64,000 nt of DNA from a virus, in IMG/VR virus record IMGVR_UViG_3300013125_000003, positions 67,446 through 131,445 of that record, one strand, 5' to 3'. The notes beneath the pieces are model-generated. The model was not told the DNA's origin, did not search any database, and saw only the letters and a list, made by a program, of their open reading frames with translations. The position numbers and the translations under genes were made by a program. Each line of letters starts with the position of its first letter. The stretch's first letter is position 1. Of the stretch, positions 37,973 to 47,380 are shown piece by piece.

Positions 37973-40900
37973 ATGGCCGATAAGAACTCGCTATCAGATT
38001 ACCTAGCCGAACTTGGTGTAGACATCTACAACCTGCAAGAGTTTTTGACTAAACTCTCCATGATGTTGAGCACCAGTTCCGACTCAGTAACAGTCAACCA
38101 AAAATTGCAGGATGGAACCAGCAAGGCTTTTGTTGTTCCTTCGTTTGCTTACTTATCGAACAAGGTTAATTCTTTGGATGCTAAGTTTAATTCTCTTCTA
38201 ACCGGCAATGCCAATAGAGTTGGTGTGATAGACGAGAACGGAAACGTAAAATCGTTCGAATTGCAGGACGTGTCCACCGTAGTTAACACGATGGATGCAG
38301 TTTCCAGCAAGACAGTTCAAGCTCCGACAACTTTCAATTACAAAGCAAATTGGTTCTTCGAATCATTCTTAAACCCTCTTCTGTACGTGGACATTCCTGT
38401 CGATACAATAGCCGTATCTAATGACATTGACCGATTCGAAGTAGGTCGCGTTATTGTAACATCTGTGGTTCAAGCAGATCTAAATTACTTCGATTCTACT
38501 TACAAGGGAAGAAACGACATAAATTACACCACTCTGATAAACGATCTGAGTGCTAGAGGTATTTCTTACTTCGAAGACACTAACGAATCAGCGGTACCAC
38601 CTTCACAGAACAAAGTTTCTGGAACGTTTGACATACTCAGCATACTCAGTGATGCTGAAGCAAAGGTAGTTCTTGATGAAACTCAAACTGTGACGGTTAG
38701 CAAGTACGTTCTGAATACTTTGCGTTACATGGAAAAAGCTACGACTTCACCGACTAGTGTAGTTCAGAGAACTCTGGTAGTAGGTGACGTTCTTATCACA
38801 CCGGACAACTCCGAATATGAGGTTACAGCGGTTGACACCAAACAGAGAAGCGTTGTTCTTAACCGCATGTTCGGTTTGGGCGAACTTACTGCGGGCGCAG
38901 CAAAACTTCAGATAAAACCCCAGCTTGAAATCACCAAGACTGTCCCAGTAAACGTTGGTTACAACGAACGTCAGGTAATATTCTTAAGACCTATGAGCTC
39001 CAGGCTGAAAGTCACAACCCAGAATTACTCACAAGGGTTTGGTCTGTTCACTAACGAACTAACCATCACGCTTAACACTGGGTCTACTATGGCATTAGCT
39101 GATTTTTACAATCAGTACGTTGCTGATTTTAGCTTGATGTTCCTCAATTACTCAAAGGAAAAGAAGGTTCCAAAATCGCTTGGAGAAACTCCAAATGCCG
39201 CTGTGTTATCAGCTGAACACTTTAGAGTCGTTCAGGTTGATGCTCACATTCAGTCAGCTAACGATATTCAAGCAGTAAAGCAGAACATTGCTTCGATTGA
39301 GGCAACCAAGTCGCAGATTAGCGAAATCGATAAGCAGTTGAGTGACAAGAGAGCTCAACTAAACACAAATGCAGCTCTTACAGATGCTCAGCAACTAAAA
39401 CTTAATAAGGACTTAAAAACGCTAACCGATACTCGACAAACTTTGAGCACGGCCCAGGCTAGCAAGATCTCATCAGTTACCACTGCCGTAAAGGGAGCGC
39501 CTATTCTGATAAAAGCACCAACCTATCACATCAAAGGAATGTGGCACATTCCTGAACCTAAGGAAACTACTTATGGAATGCAGAATGCTGCTCAGTTTAA
39601 GATAGCTTACCGAGTTTTAAGCAAAACCGGAACAAGCGAAACTGCTGAACAGATAACATTCACTGATGCAAAGGGAAACAAGATAACTGGCGCATTCTCT
39701 CCATGGAAAGAATCTCTAGGAAAAGCCAGAGTTAAGAAATACAATGCTTCCACTGGATTTTACGAGTGGGAAGATGAAAACGTAGCTGACCCAAACGTCG
39801 TTAATTGCAACCAGGTTGAAATTCCTATCAATAAGGGAGAAGTCATAGAAATTCGAGTTAAAACTCTCTCAGAAGCAGGTTGGCCTGACAATCCGGTCGA
39901 ATCTGATTGGTCTAACAGCGTGCTAGTTGAATTTCCGGCAAGCATGCAGACGATAGAGGATATTTCGGTTATCTCACAGCAGGCTTTCGCTGAGGAAGCA
40001 AAGATCAATTTCCAGAGCGATTTGGATGCAAAGGGCCTTGACATTCACTTGTCAACAGCATTTACTAGCAGGGATAAGTACTTTGCTCACAAAGCAGAAG
40101 ACGTTGCCAGTGGGTTCTTTGCAACGGATGGCAGCATCGTGGACCTTTACACAAAAGTAAAGCAGATAAGTGATACTCTCAGTTCGATCCAAGCATCAAT
40201 GGCTAGCGGTGCCGGTCAGTTGAAAGTCAGTCTCATCGACCAAGAAGGAAATGCTATAACAGTTAACAACGGTCAGACTATTCAAATATTCTCCGGTTAC
40301 TACAAAGATCAGATCAAGAAGGTAAGCGGAAACATCACAACGTACGATCACGGAAAGATCATAACCAACCAGTACTTAATTCAACTGGAAAATACTTCGC
40401 AAACCCCGTTGCAGCTTATAGCTTCGTTAAACGGTGCAACTGGTCAAGCAGCTACTCCGTCCAATCCTGTTCTGTTCGATGACGATGGGTACCACACGAA
40501 TTTACGTTACGATCTGTGTCCGTTGACCATAAACACGTCTACTTCAGGTACGCCAGCCGGTTTGAAACAAATGGATGGTTACCAATCGTCTCAGGTAAAG
40601 GGCCAAGTTCTGTACCGTAGAGCAATGTCTCTAAACTTGAGCGAAGAACTAGTGGCTGGAGATGAAGTAGGTGGAAAGATCAACGAGGCAGCGAGTGCTT
40701 ATTCTTCGAGCTTTGACATTAACACCTACAATTACCAAGGACTAGAGCTTAGCGGAACTAACACTAAAGTTCCGTACACAGCTGGTCATTACCTGCCATA
40801 CGATCCGACACTTTCTTCTCTCAGCATAAAGGTGAAGAACGTTTCGTATTCAATGTCAACTAATTCCGGCGTTTGGAACGGTTCTCTAAGCTCAGGTGTT

Positions 40901-41584
40901 CCGGTAGGAGGAGGTCTTCTATCAGAATTCTGCATCTCAGTCGATCATCCAGACATAAAACCTGGTGGAAAGTACAACAATGCTTGGGGTTCGATATACA
41001 GGCCTAGCATAACCGATACTCAAACGACACTACCGTTCAGCCAAGCAATTCACGTTGAAACGTCTGAGGAAGAATCGACCGATCCATTTGGAGCAAAGAA
41101 TTTTGTTCAATCCGCATACAAGAGGCCAACCGTTTCAGGAGCAAGCCCGTACGAGTACAATTACCCACTAAAACAGGGATTTACGTCGAACGATCAGTAC
41201 TTAATAGGAAAATACACGTGCGGAGCGTACCTGTACCTTTCACCGACTTCACACGAAAGTGTAGCGGTTACAGCGTACAGCCCAACTCAGTCAAAGAGAA
41301 CTGTTGAATTCGGAGAAGCAAATGCTCTAAAGATTCCGTTAACGTTCCAGTACAGGTGTTCAGACTACCTCACGTACGTCGGTGGTTACCGCGCAAATGT
41401 GACAGCCGGTTTAAGGAATGTTAAATATACTAAACAGATAGGATTTGACATAAAGTTGAAAGACGATACATTCTCGTTCGACGTTGTGGTAAGCTCACAG
41501 TACGAAAAAGAAACGTCAGTCATCACACCGACCAGCACGATAACTAAGTCGGCAACTATGAGTCAGATCGCTCTGACTGACTAA
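37973..41584 (+). CDS. Putative virion structural protein
   Basis: 1203-aa ORF with a coiled coil and an Fn3-like IEIRVKTLSEAGWP..ESDWSN segment. Confidence 0.7.
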   Translation: MADKNSLSDYLAELGVDIYNLQEFLTKLSMMLSTSSDSVTVNQKLQDGTSKAFVVPSFAYLSNKVNSLDAKFNSLLTGNANRVGVIDENGNVKSFELQDVSTVVNTMDAVSSKTVQAPTTFNYKANWFFESFLNPLLYVDIPVDTIAVSNDIDRFEVGRVIVTSVVQADLNYFDSTYKGRNDINYTTLINDLSARGISYFEDTNESAVPPSQNKVSGTFDILSILSDAEAKVVLDETQTVTVSKYVLNTLRYMEKATTSPTSVVQRTLVVGDVLITPDNSEYEVTAVDTKQRSVVLNRMFGLGELTAGAAKLQIKPQLEITKTVPVNVGYNERQVIFLRPMSSRLKVTTQNYSQGFGLFTNELTITLNTGSTMALADFYNQYVADFSLMFLNYSKEKKVPKSLGETPNAAVLSAEHFRVVQVDAHIQSANDIQAVKQNIASIEATKSQISEIDKQLSDKRAQLNTNAALTDAQQLKLNKDLKTLTDTRQTLSTAQASKISSVTTAVKGAPILIKAPTYHIKGMWHIPEPKETTYGMQNAAQFKIAYRVLSKTGTSETAEQITFTDAKGNKITGAFSPWKESLGKARVKKYNASTGFYEWEDENVADPNVVNCNQVEIPINKGEVIEIRVKTLSEAGWPDNPVESDWSNSVLVEFPASMQTIEDISVISQQAFAEEAKINFQSDLDAKGLDIHLSTAFTSRDKYFAHKAEDVASGFFATDGSIVDLYTKVKQISDTLSSIQASMASGAGQLKVSLIDQEGNAITVNNGQTIQIFSGYYKDQIKKVSGNITTYDHGKIITNQYLIQLENTSQTPLQLIASLNGATGQAATPSNPVLFDDDGYHTNLRYDLCPLTINTSTSGTPAGLKQMDGYQSSQVKGQVLYRRAMSLNLSEELVAGDEVGGKINEAASAYSSSFDINTYNYQGLELSGTNTKVPYTAGHYLPYDPTLSSLSIKVKNVSYSMSTNSGVWNGSLSSGVPVGGGLLSEFCISVDHPDIKPGGKYNNAWGSIYRPSITDTQTTLPFSQAIHVETSEEESTDPFGAKNFVQSAYKRPTVSGASPYEYNYPLKQGFTSNDQYLIGKYTCGAYLYLSPTSHESVAVTAYSPTQSKRTVEFGEANALKIPLTFQYRCSDYLTYVGGYRANVTAGLRNVKYTKQIGFDIKLKDDTFSFDVVVSSQYEKETSVITPTSTITKSATMSQIALTD

Positions 41585-41599
41585 AATAATCGGTGAACT

Positions 41600-44500
41600 T
41601 TGCACAACCTGACTCCTGCATACACCAAACTAACGGACAAAGGAGTTAGTTTCGGCGTTTTACGGACCAACCCAAAGCTGACTTCAAACCTCAAGCTGAC
41701 CGTTGACTCTGACGGCAACCTATGGTTCAATTCAATAGACGCAACTCCTGAGCTTGCTCAGAGTAAGTACAAGAATTTTGCAATAGACGAAAATTCAAGT
41801 CATGAGGTAAACGTCTTCAAATTCTACGATGGCGGAAAAACTCCTACTCAGATATCGTTCGCAGTAGGTTCAACTATCACAGTAGGCACGGTGGCAAAAG
41901 AGTTAAAGGATCAATTCGATTTTGATCTTTACTCGAGCGGCGCAAAGTACCTTTCTTCCAAAAATTATCACGAAAAATTCAGTTACTTTGCTCCTCTTTA
42001 CTTGGACACAGTCATCCCAGAGTGTTTTGTGATCTTAAAGATTCCAGCTGCTTCCAATTACACAGTAGGCGAGTGGAAACAGAAAATTGCTGACCCCAAT
42101 TTCACCAGAACTCAGTTCGCTCTTGATCTATTTAGAAATGCAAGCGTAGTAAAGAACATCTGCTTGACTGAAACTAGCAAAGTTGGAACGTACATACGGA
42201 ACATTTTGAAAAATCCTATGTACCCAAGAAACCCTCTGTACGTAAACTTCAAGGATGATCGTTACTCGGTTTACCGTGGATCTTCCATTGGAGCTGGCAC
42301 ATACGTTGAAATTCCAGAGTTACTGTCATCAACTTTGAGAAAATCAATACCTCAGATTAAATTAGAAAAGTACATAACTGAAGGTTTTGAAAGAAACAAC
42401 ATCGTGTACCCGCGAATAATAAACTTGGAATTTCTATTTGATGATGACGACTCTGATCCTTACACATTTAACCGGTACATCGGCTTTTACTGCAACTTAA
42501 TAGATCTAACAGCATTTAGGACTGACCTTGAAAGCATGTACGAAAACGAAGAGGATAACGATAATCAACTGCCATTTAGGTTTAGGGAGGAAGACGAAGT
42601 TTCGGTGAATATTACTAACTCAAACGGAGTAGTTCTTCGCGGAATTGGAGTTGAAGCAGATTTAACAGCGTTCGACAGAGCAATGACCGGAGAGAACAGC
42701 ATGTTCTTCCCGTACCTCAAGATAAAAGACAATTCGCTGGTGTTTCCAAAGGTTCAATCGATGGAACAGGCGAATAATCGCATAAAATTCACGGTAACCG
42801 ATAGCCGAGTGGACATTGGTCTGCTCTTTGGTCCAGGAGAATTACTTTCTCAGGAAACGGCTAAGAGTTCATCGCTAAACACAAGATCTACAGTTGCCAT
42901 AGAGTTCACAGAAGACTTACAGCACCTAGATACGCTAAGAGTGTATCATGCAAATGGCTCAACGTACGACAACCGTGACGATTACGGAAAGTACGATGAC
43001 TTGGTTTTCGTTCACAATGACAATGGTGATTTTGCTTACGATCTGGTGTTTCCAAATGATGAAGATTACGTAATTTCGTACCCTACCTCAGAAACTGTGC
43101 TCTTTAACTCAACTAATCCTAACACAGTACCGACAGTATTCACCCCAAACACACCAGAGGTGATAGGCGTGCAGTACAAATCGTCGGTTGATGGTACCAA
43201 TTGGATCTGGGACGACATCTCTTATTCACAGGAAGCTGTAGGTTCGAGGATATTCATAAATTTGGATAACGCGAACATAAACGGAAATCGGTACACTGAC
43301 TTAAACAAGCTAGCGTCAACCGTCGTTGAAGTTCTAACGAATTTGAATCATTCCTTCATCACAGGTAAGAGTTTTGAAAAGACTTTCTTTGCTCAAGTGA
43401 TGACTGCTGGCAATAATTACAAACAGCTAGCAATAAAAGCAATAGGGGACTTTAGTCAGAGAGTCAAAGTAAACGGAGTTCACACGAACGAAGTAGTATT
43501 CGCAGATGGCGGTTTTCTAAACACAAAGCAAGCAGTCATCCCTATCGGAAACGTAGCTAGGCTGATGCCTATCTTGGACGATATTGTTGTAAAGACAGAA
43601 AAGGATTGGTCAAAGATCCTTAGAGTTTGCAATTCAGCGGTGTCAATCGATGAAGTCGATTCCTTAACGGAAGAAGCTGTGTTAAAGTTCTTACAAAATG
43701 CAGCGCTGATGTTGAAGGACAACGAACCGATCGACGTTGTGTACGATCGTCTAGAAATTCGTAAAATATTCAAACCGGTAATAGGTGTTCTATCACTTTT
43801 CGAGATAAAGGACATGGACTTTTACACTTACTCTTCCCAGTACACTAAAATTCCAGAAATAGACTTCTACCAGAACTATTACGTTCCTAAGGAAACTGAA
43901 CTTTTGGATTTCACTAAGTACGCGTACGAGGTGGTTGGAAACGGAAAGGTAAAAATAAACAATCAGGAATACTCAACCGCTGACCCTGACCCAACGGTTT
44001 GGCAGAACGTTGAAAAACTACAATCGTACGAAGTAGTTAGCGGAGATGCGGTTCTAGTTCAGTCGAAAAAGCTTCCTGAAAATCAGGCACTAATTCAAAG
44101 ACACGATATCCCAATAAAGGATGAATCGGATAACATGACCACATTTAAAGGCTTTTTCTCGTTCGGAGCTGATCACAGTGCACCGGACCCTAAAGCCCCA
44201 ACGTATGAATACAGAGAAAAGTACAAGACGAACAACCTTAAGAGTGAGTATCACGTTTACTTGGAAAATTTTGACAAGGAATTTGCAACAGACGGCCGGG
44301 TCATTCCGTACGTTTCCAAATGGGGGATCATTGATTCGACAGATGCTAGGGGAAATCCTTACCGTTTGAATTCCGACATCATGTTCGGAAAGGATAACTT
44401 TGGGCCGTCGCACAACGAAACTTACCCTACTCCAGAAAAGTTAACTCACGAATGGTTCTACATCGAATCTGATTTCAACTACACACAAGCGGAGGATTTG

Positions 44501-47380
44501 ATGAAGAAAAATTTCTTTTACTTCGATCAGCCATTTTCTGCGTTAGAAATGATAGCCGATTCTACTTACTTTGAACGGTACTTTACTTACATTCCAAAAC
44601 TAAATGACAGAGAAATAGACCGCCCACAGTTTAGGTATTCTAAACTTTACCGCGATCAATTTTCAAACCAATTTTCAACCGTTTTCAACGGCGCAAAATT
44701 CACATTTTCTGAATTGGCGGAAGATGGAAGCACTCTCGTGTCAACCAAACGATTCGAGGATTACAACTTTAGCATTCTACTGAAACCTATCAAAGAACGA
44801 ATCTTCGAATCACAGGATCTAATAAAGTACCGAGTGATTGAAAACGTTGATGCAAAATCGATAGTAATTCTCATCGAAATGCCGATTGGTTCAGTAGCAA
44901 ACGTTAACTCTCAACTATTGCCAGACATAATCACTAGCACAAGCGAACCGTGGATATACAAATTCCCTGACAAGAGAATAGACCAGCTAATTACGTTCAT
45001 GGATGCAGACGGAATCATAAAGGATCCTTTCGCTACCAACTACTTGGTCGATTACACGTACACGACGGAAAATTCAGTGATAGGAGACGAAGTTTTCGAC
45101 TCTATCATTTCGTCAAATTATCCTAGCTTTTCAAACGATTCGTTTAAACTAGGTCGAGTTGAACGAACGGTTGATAATGCTTGGGTCTACGGCGGAATTC
45201 CAAAAGCTAACGAAACCTGGCTGATAAGAAAGGGAACAGACAATACGAAGCAATACGTAGTTTCGTTTGAACAGACTGATTTATTTAGTCAAGCAGCACA
45301 GGGAAATTTTCAAAGCGGTGCGATTAACTTAGCTGCGCCCATCGGAATAACACAGTACTTAAAAATCAGTAAGCCGAAGATCGGTTACCTTGAAACAGAA
45401 GCCGCACAATTTAGAATAATTGAGGACCAAGCGGGAAGCTATCTGAGCGTAAGCTTGTTGATGCCGTCAGGCCACCTATCAGTTAGTAAGGTTCTTCCAG
45501 GATTTTTATCAGTCTTTGGAGATTACCGTGTGTCTTTTAACGAAAATGGAGTTTCTAATCTAACTTACAATTTCCTGTATTCGGTGAAGGATAAAAAGTA
45601 CAATGCAACGAAGAACGCTTACTCAGCAGTAAAACTCGGGTTAGGATTAGATTTGAGCAGTTCCGGATCGGTTGCTACTTCTACTAACTATTTTCTGGAT
45701 GCAAAAGCGCTGGGCGGTTTTCCAGTAGCAGATTTTAAGCTTGAGGATTTCATAAATCCGATCAGCGGGTCTCATGATACTCTGACTAATCCGTTAAAGG
45801 ACTTACCTGAAGTATCTCCTCCTATCGAACCGCCGATGCCGGCATTCTCCCCGTTAATGTTCATCGACAAGCAGGGAGAAATATCTTTTCTGTTGAACAC
45901 CGACGTGACCTTTGCCGATGATAGTTTTCAGACAGAACTGGACTTAGGAAACCCTAGCAGAACTACTCATGCTCTGTTACGAGTAGCGGATAACTTGCTG
46001 ACTCTGGACAGACCTGCCGGTAAAAGCACGATAGTTCTAAAAGTAAGGGTCGATGCCAATTCCTCAGGACCATACTTCGTTCTTAGCCCATTAACCTTCC
46101 CGACCGGAAGTTCAAACTACTGGCTCAACGATACTCAACAGTTCCAACTGTTCGGCGGAAAGGATTACTTTGCAAACCTATTTGAAAGTTTATCGTTCTC
46201 TAACTTTAAACTTCTTTTGGAAAGAAATTCATCACTAGTTTCTTGGGAAAGTTACCAGAACGGACAGCTTCTACCGACTAGGAAGATCTCTATTCGAGTT
46301 GAGGATCCTGACAAGATACAAAAGACGACCATCGTTGCTGCAAAACCTGAGTCTGTTGTAACTGACAGCAAATCTTTAACCGGTGGGTTCACTCACGAAG
46401 AGGAACCGTCAACCGCTTACGACATCAACCGCTATTCCGGTGAGTACGACGTAATTTACAGAACAGTTTCAGGATTCAAACAGAACGTTGATCTCGAAGA
46501 CATGTATTTTTCCGGAGCAAACGTATTTCTAAACCCAGAAATAAGCGATTTCTTTAAGATTCAGGAGTTCTCGTTCGTAAAATACGCGGACTTTAACATA
46601 TTGGACTTTGAAAATTCTCAAAAGTTCGAACCCCTGTACCCTATGATCTACGAATCGCCAGTCGATTTTGATTCCTATGACATTTTATCCAGTAGTTGGG
46701 ATTTCAACTATCACTATGCGTACACAACTAAGAGCGCTAGAGAAAAAATACCTGGATCAAGAAGAGTGACTGAGGACTATTCTTTCGTTTCAAAACTTCT
46801 CAACGTTCCGTTGAGTTTTGTTGTGGAAGCTTTCAATTCGGTTGAGCTAACAAACGATCAATTCGACATTCCAGATTCAGACTTTTTGAACTTAACTGCA
46901 AACGGCCAATTAGTTGACTTAGCATACTCAGTGTACACGAACGAAGTACGGTTCAAGATCAACTTTTCTCAAGCAGTAGCAAAAGCTCTATCCGAAAACG
47001 GATTGGACGGAAGCACGAAACTGAGAGAAGAATTCAAAAAATTCTTTACCGACGAATTCGGCCAGCCGATAACAGAGGATCAAGTTTCTCTAGGAAACCT
47101 AACGTTCGACGAGTACCTTTACCAGTACTGCAAGACTAACTTATTGAAACTCTATTCATTGGATAATATAGATTTCTACGAAAAAGAGGATAGGACAATA
47201 GCCAATAATTCAATATCGATAGCCATCGTACCGTACGACCAATTAGACGACGCCGGTTACGTTGAAGTCAAAACGGTTAAAATAAATAACTCTAATTCAG
47301 GTATCGTAGTAGGTTCTATGCTCAAAAAAGCAAGTGCCGGAGTCAGCTTGGTACCAAAGCTAAAAATTAAGTACATTTAA
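41600..47380 (+). CDS. Very large putative virion structural protein
   Basis: 1926-aa ORF (TTG start) with a TAATG overlap with the next gene. Confidence 0.75.
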   Translation: MHNLTPAYTKLTDKGVSFGVLRTNPKLTSNLKLTVDSDGNLWFNSIDATPELAQSKYKNFAIDENSSHEVNVFKFYDGGKTPTQISFAVGSTITVGTVAKELKDQFDFDLYSSGAKYLSSKNYHEKFSYFAPLYLDTVIPECFVILKIPAASNYTVGEWKQKIADPNFTRTQFALDLFRNASVVKNICLTETSKVGTYIRNILKNPMYPRNPLYVNFKDDRYSVYRGSSIGAGTYVEIPELLSSTLRKSIPQIKLEKYITEGFERNNIVYPRIINLEFLFDDDDSDPYTFNRYIGFYCNLIDLTAFRTDLESMYENEEDNDNQLPFRFREEDEVSVNITNSNGVVLRGIGVEADLTAFDRAMTGENSMFFPYLKIKDNSLVFPKVQSMEQANNRIKFTVTDSRVDIGLLFGPGELLSQETAKSSSLNTRSTVAIEFTEDLQHLDTLRVYHANGSTYDNRDDYGKYDDLVFVHNDNGDFAYDLVFPNDEDYVISYPTSETVLFNSTNPNTVPTVFTPNTPEVIGVQYKSSVDGTNWIWDDISYSQEAVGSRIFINLDNANINGNRYTDLNKLASTVVEVLTNLNHSFITGKSFEKTFFAQVMTAGNNYKQLAIKAIGDFSQRVKVNGVHTNEVVFADGGFLNTKQAVIPIGNVARLMPILDDIVVKTEKDWSKILRVCNSAVSIDEVDSLTEEAVLKFLQNAALMLKDNEPIDVVYDRLEIRKIFKPVIGVLSLFEIKDMDFYTYSSQYTKIPEIDFYQNYYVPKETELLDFTKYAYEVVGNGKVKINNQEYSTADPDPTVWQNVEKLQSYEVVSGDAVLVQSKKLPENQALIQRHDIPIKDESDNMTTFKGFFSFGADHSAPDPKAPTYEYREKYKTNNLKSEYHVYLENFDKEFATDGRVIPYVSKWGIIDSTDARGNPYRLNSDIMFGKDNFGPSHNETYPTPEKLTHEWFYIESDFNYTQAEDLMKKNFFYFDQPFSALEMIADSTYFERYFTYIPKLNDREIDRPQFRYSKLYRDQFSNQFSTVFNGAKFTFSELAEDGSTLVSTKRFEDYNFSILLKPIKERIFESQDLIKYRVIENVDAKSIVILIEMPIGSVANVNSQLLPDIITSTSEPWIYKFPDKRIDQLITFMDADGIIKDPFATNYLVDYTYTTENSVIGDEVFDSIISSNYPSFSNDSFKLGRVERTVDNAWVYGGIPKANETWLIRKGTDNTKQYVVSFEQTDLFSQAAQGNFQSGAINLAAPIGITQYLKISKPKIGYLETEAAQFRIIEDQAGSYLSVSLLMPSGHLSVSKVLPGFLSVFGDYRVSFNENGVSNLTYNFLYSVKDKKYNATKNAYSAVKLGLGLDLSSSGSVATSTNYFLDAKALGGFPVADFKLEDFINPISGSHDTLTNPLKDLPEVSPPIEPPMPAFSPLMFIDKQGEISFLLNTDVTFADDSFQTELDLGNPSRTTHALLRVADNLLTLDRPAGKSTIVLKVRVDANSSGPYFVLSPLTFPTGSSNYWLNDTQQFQLFGGKDYFANLFESLSFSNFKLLLERNSSLVSWESYQNGQLLPTRKISIRVEDPDKIQKTTIVAAKPESVVTDSKSLTGGFTHEEEPSTAYDINRYSGEYDVIYRTVSGFKQNVDLEDMYFSGANVFLNPEISDFFKIQEFSFVKYADFNILDFENSQKFEPLYPMIYESPVDFDSYDILSSSWDFNYHYAYTTKSAREKIPGSRRVTEDYSFVSKLLNVPLSFVVEAFNSVELTNDQFDIPDSDFLNLTANGQLVDLAYSVYTNEVRFKINFSQAVAKALSENGLDGSTKLREEFKKFFTDEFGQPITEDQVSLGNLTFDEYLYQYCKTNLLKLYSLDNIDFYEKEDRTIANNSISIAIVPYDQLDDAGYVEVKTVKINNSNSGIVVGSMLKKASAGVSLVPKLKIKYI

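Noticed and set aside
30190-47289. Intragenic ATAAATAA matches at 30190 and 47281
   Set aside because: They could be internal late promoters for gp55 and the fibre gene, but they lie in coding sequence where chance matches are likely.
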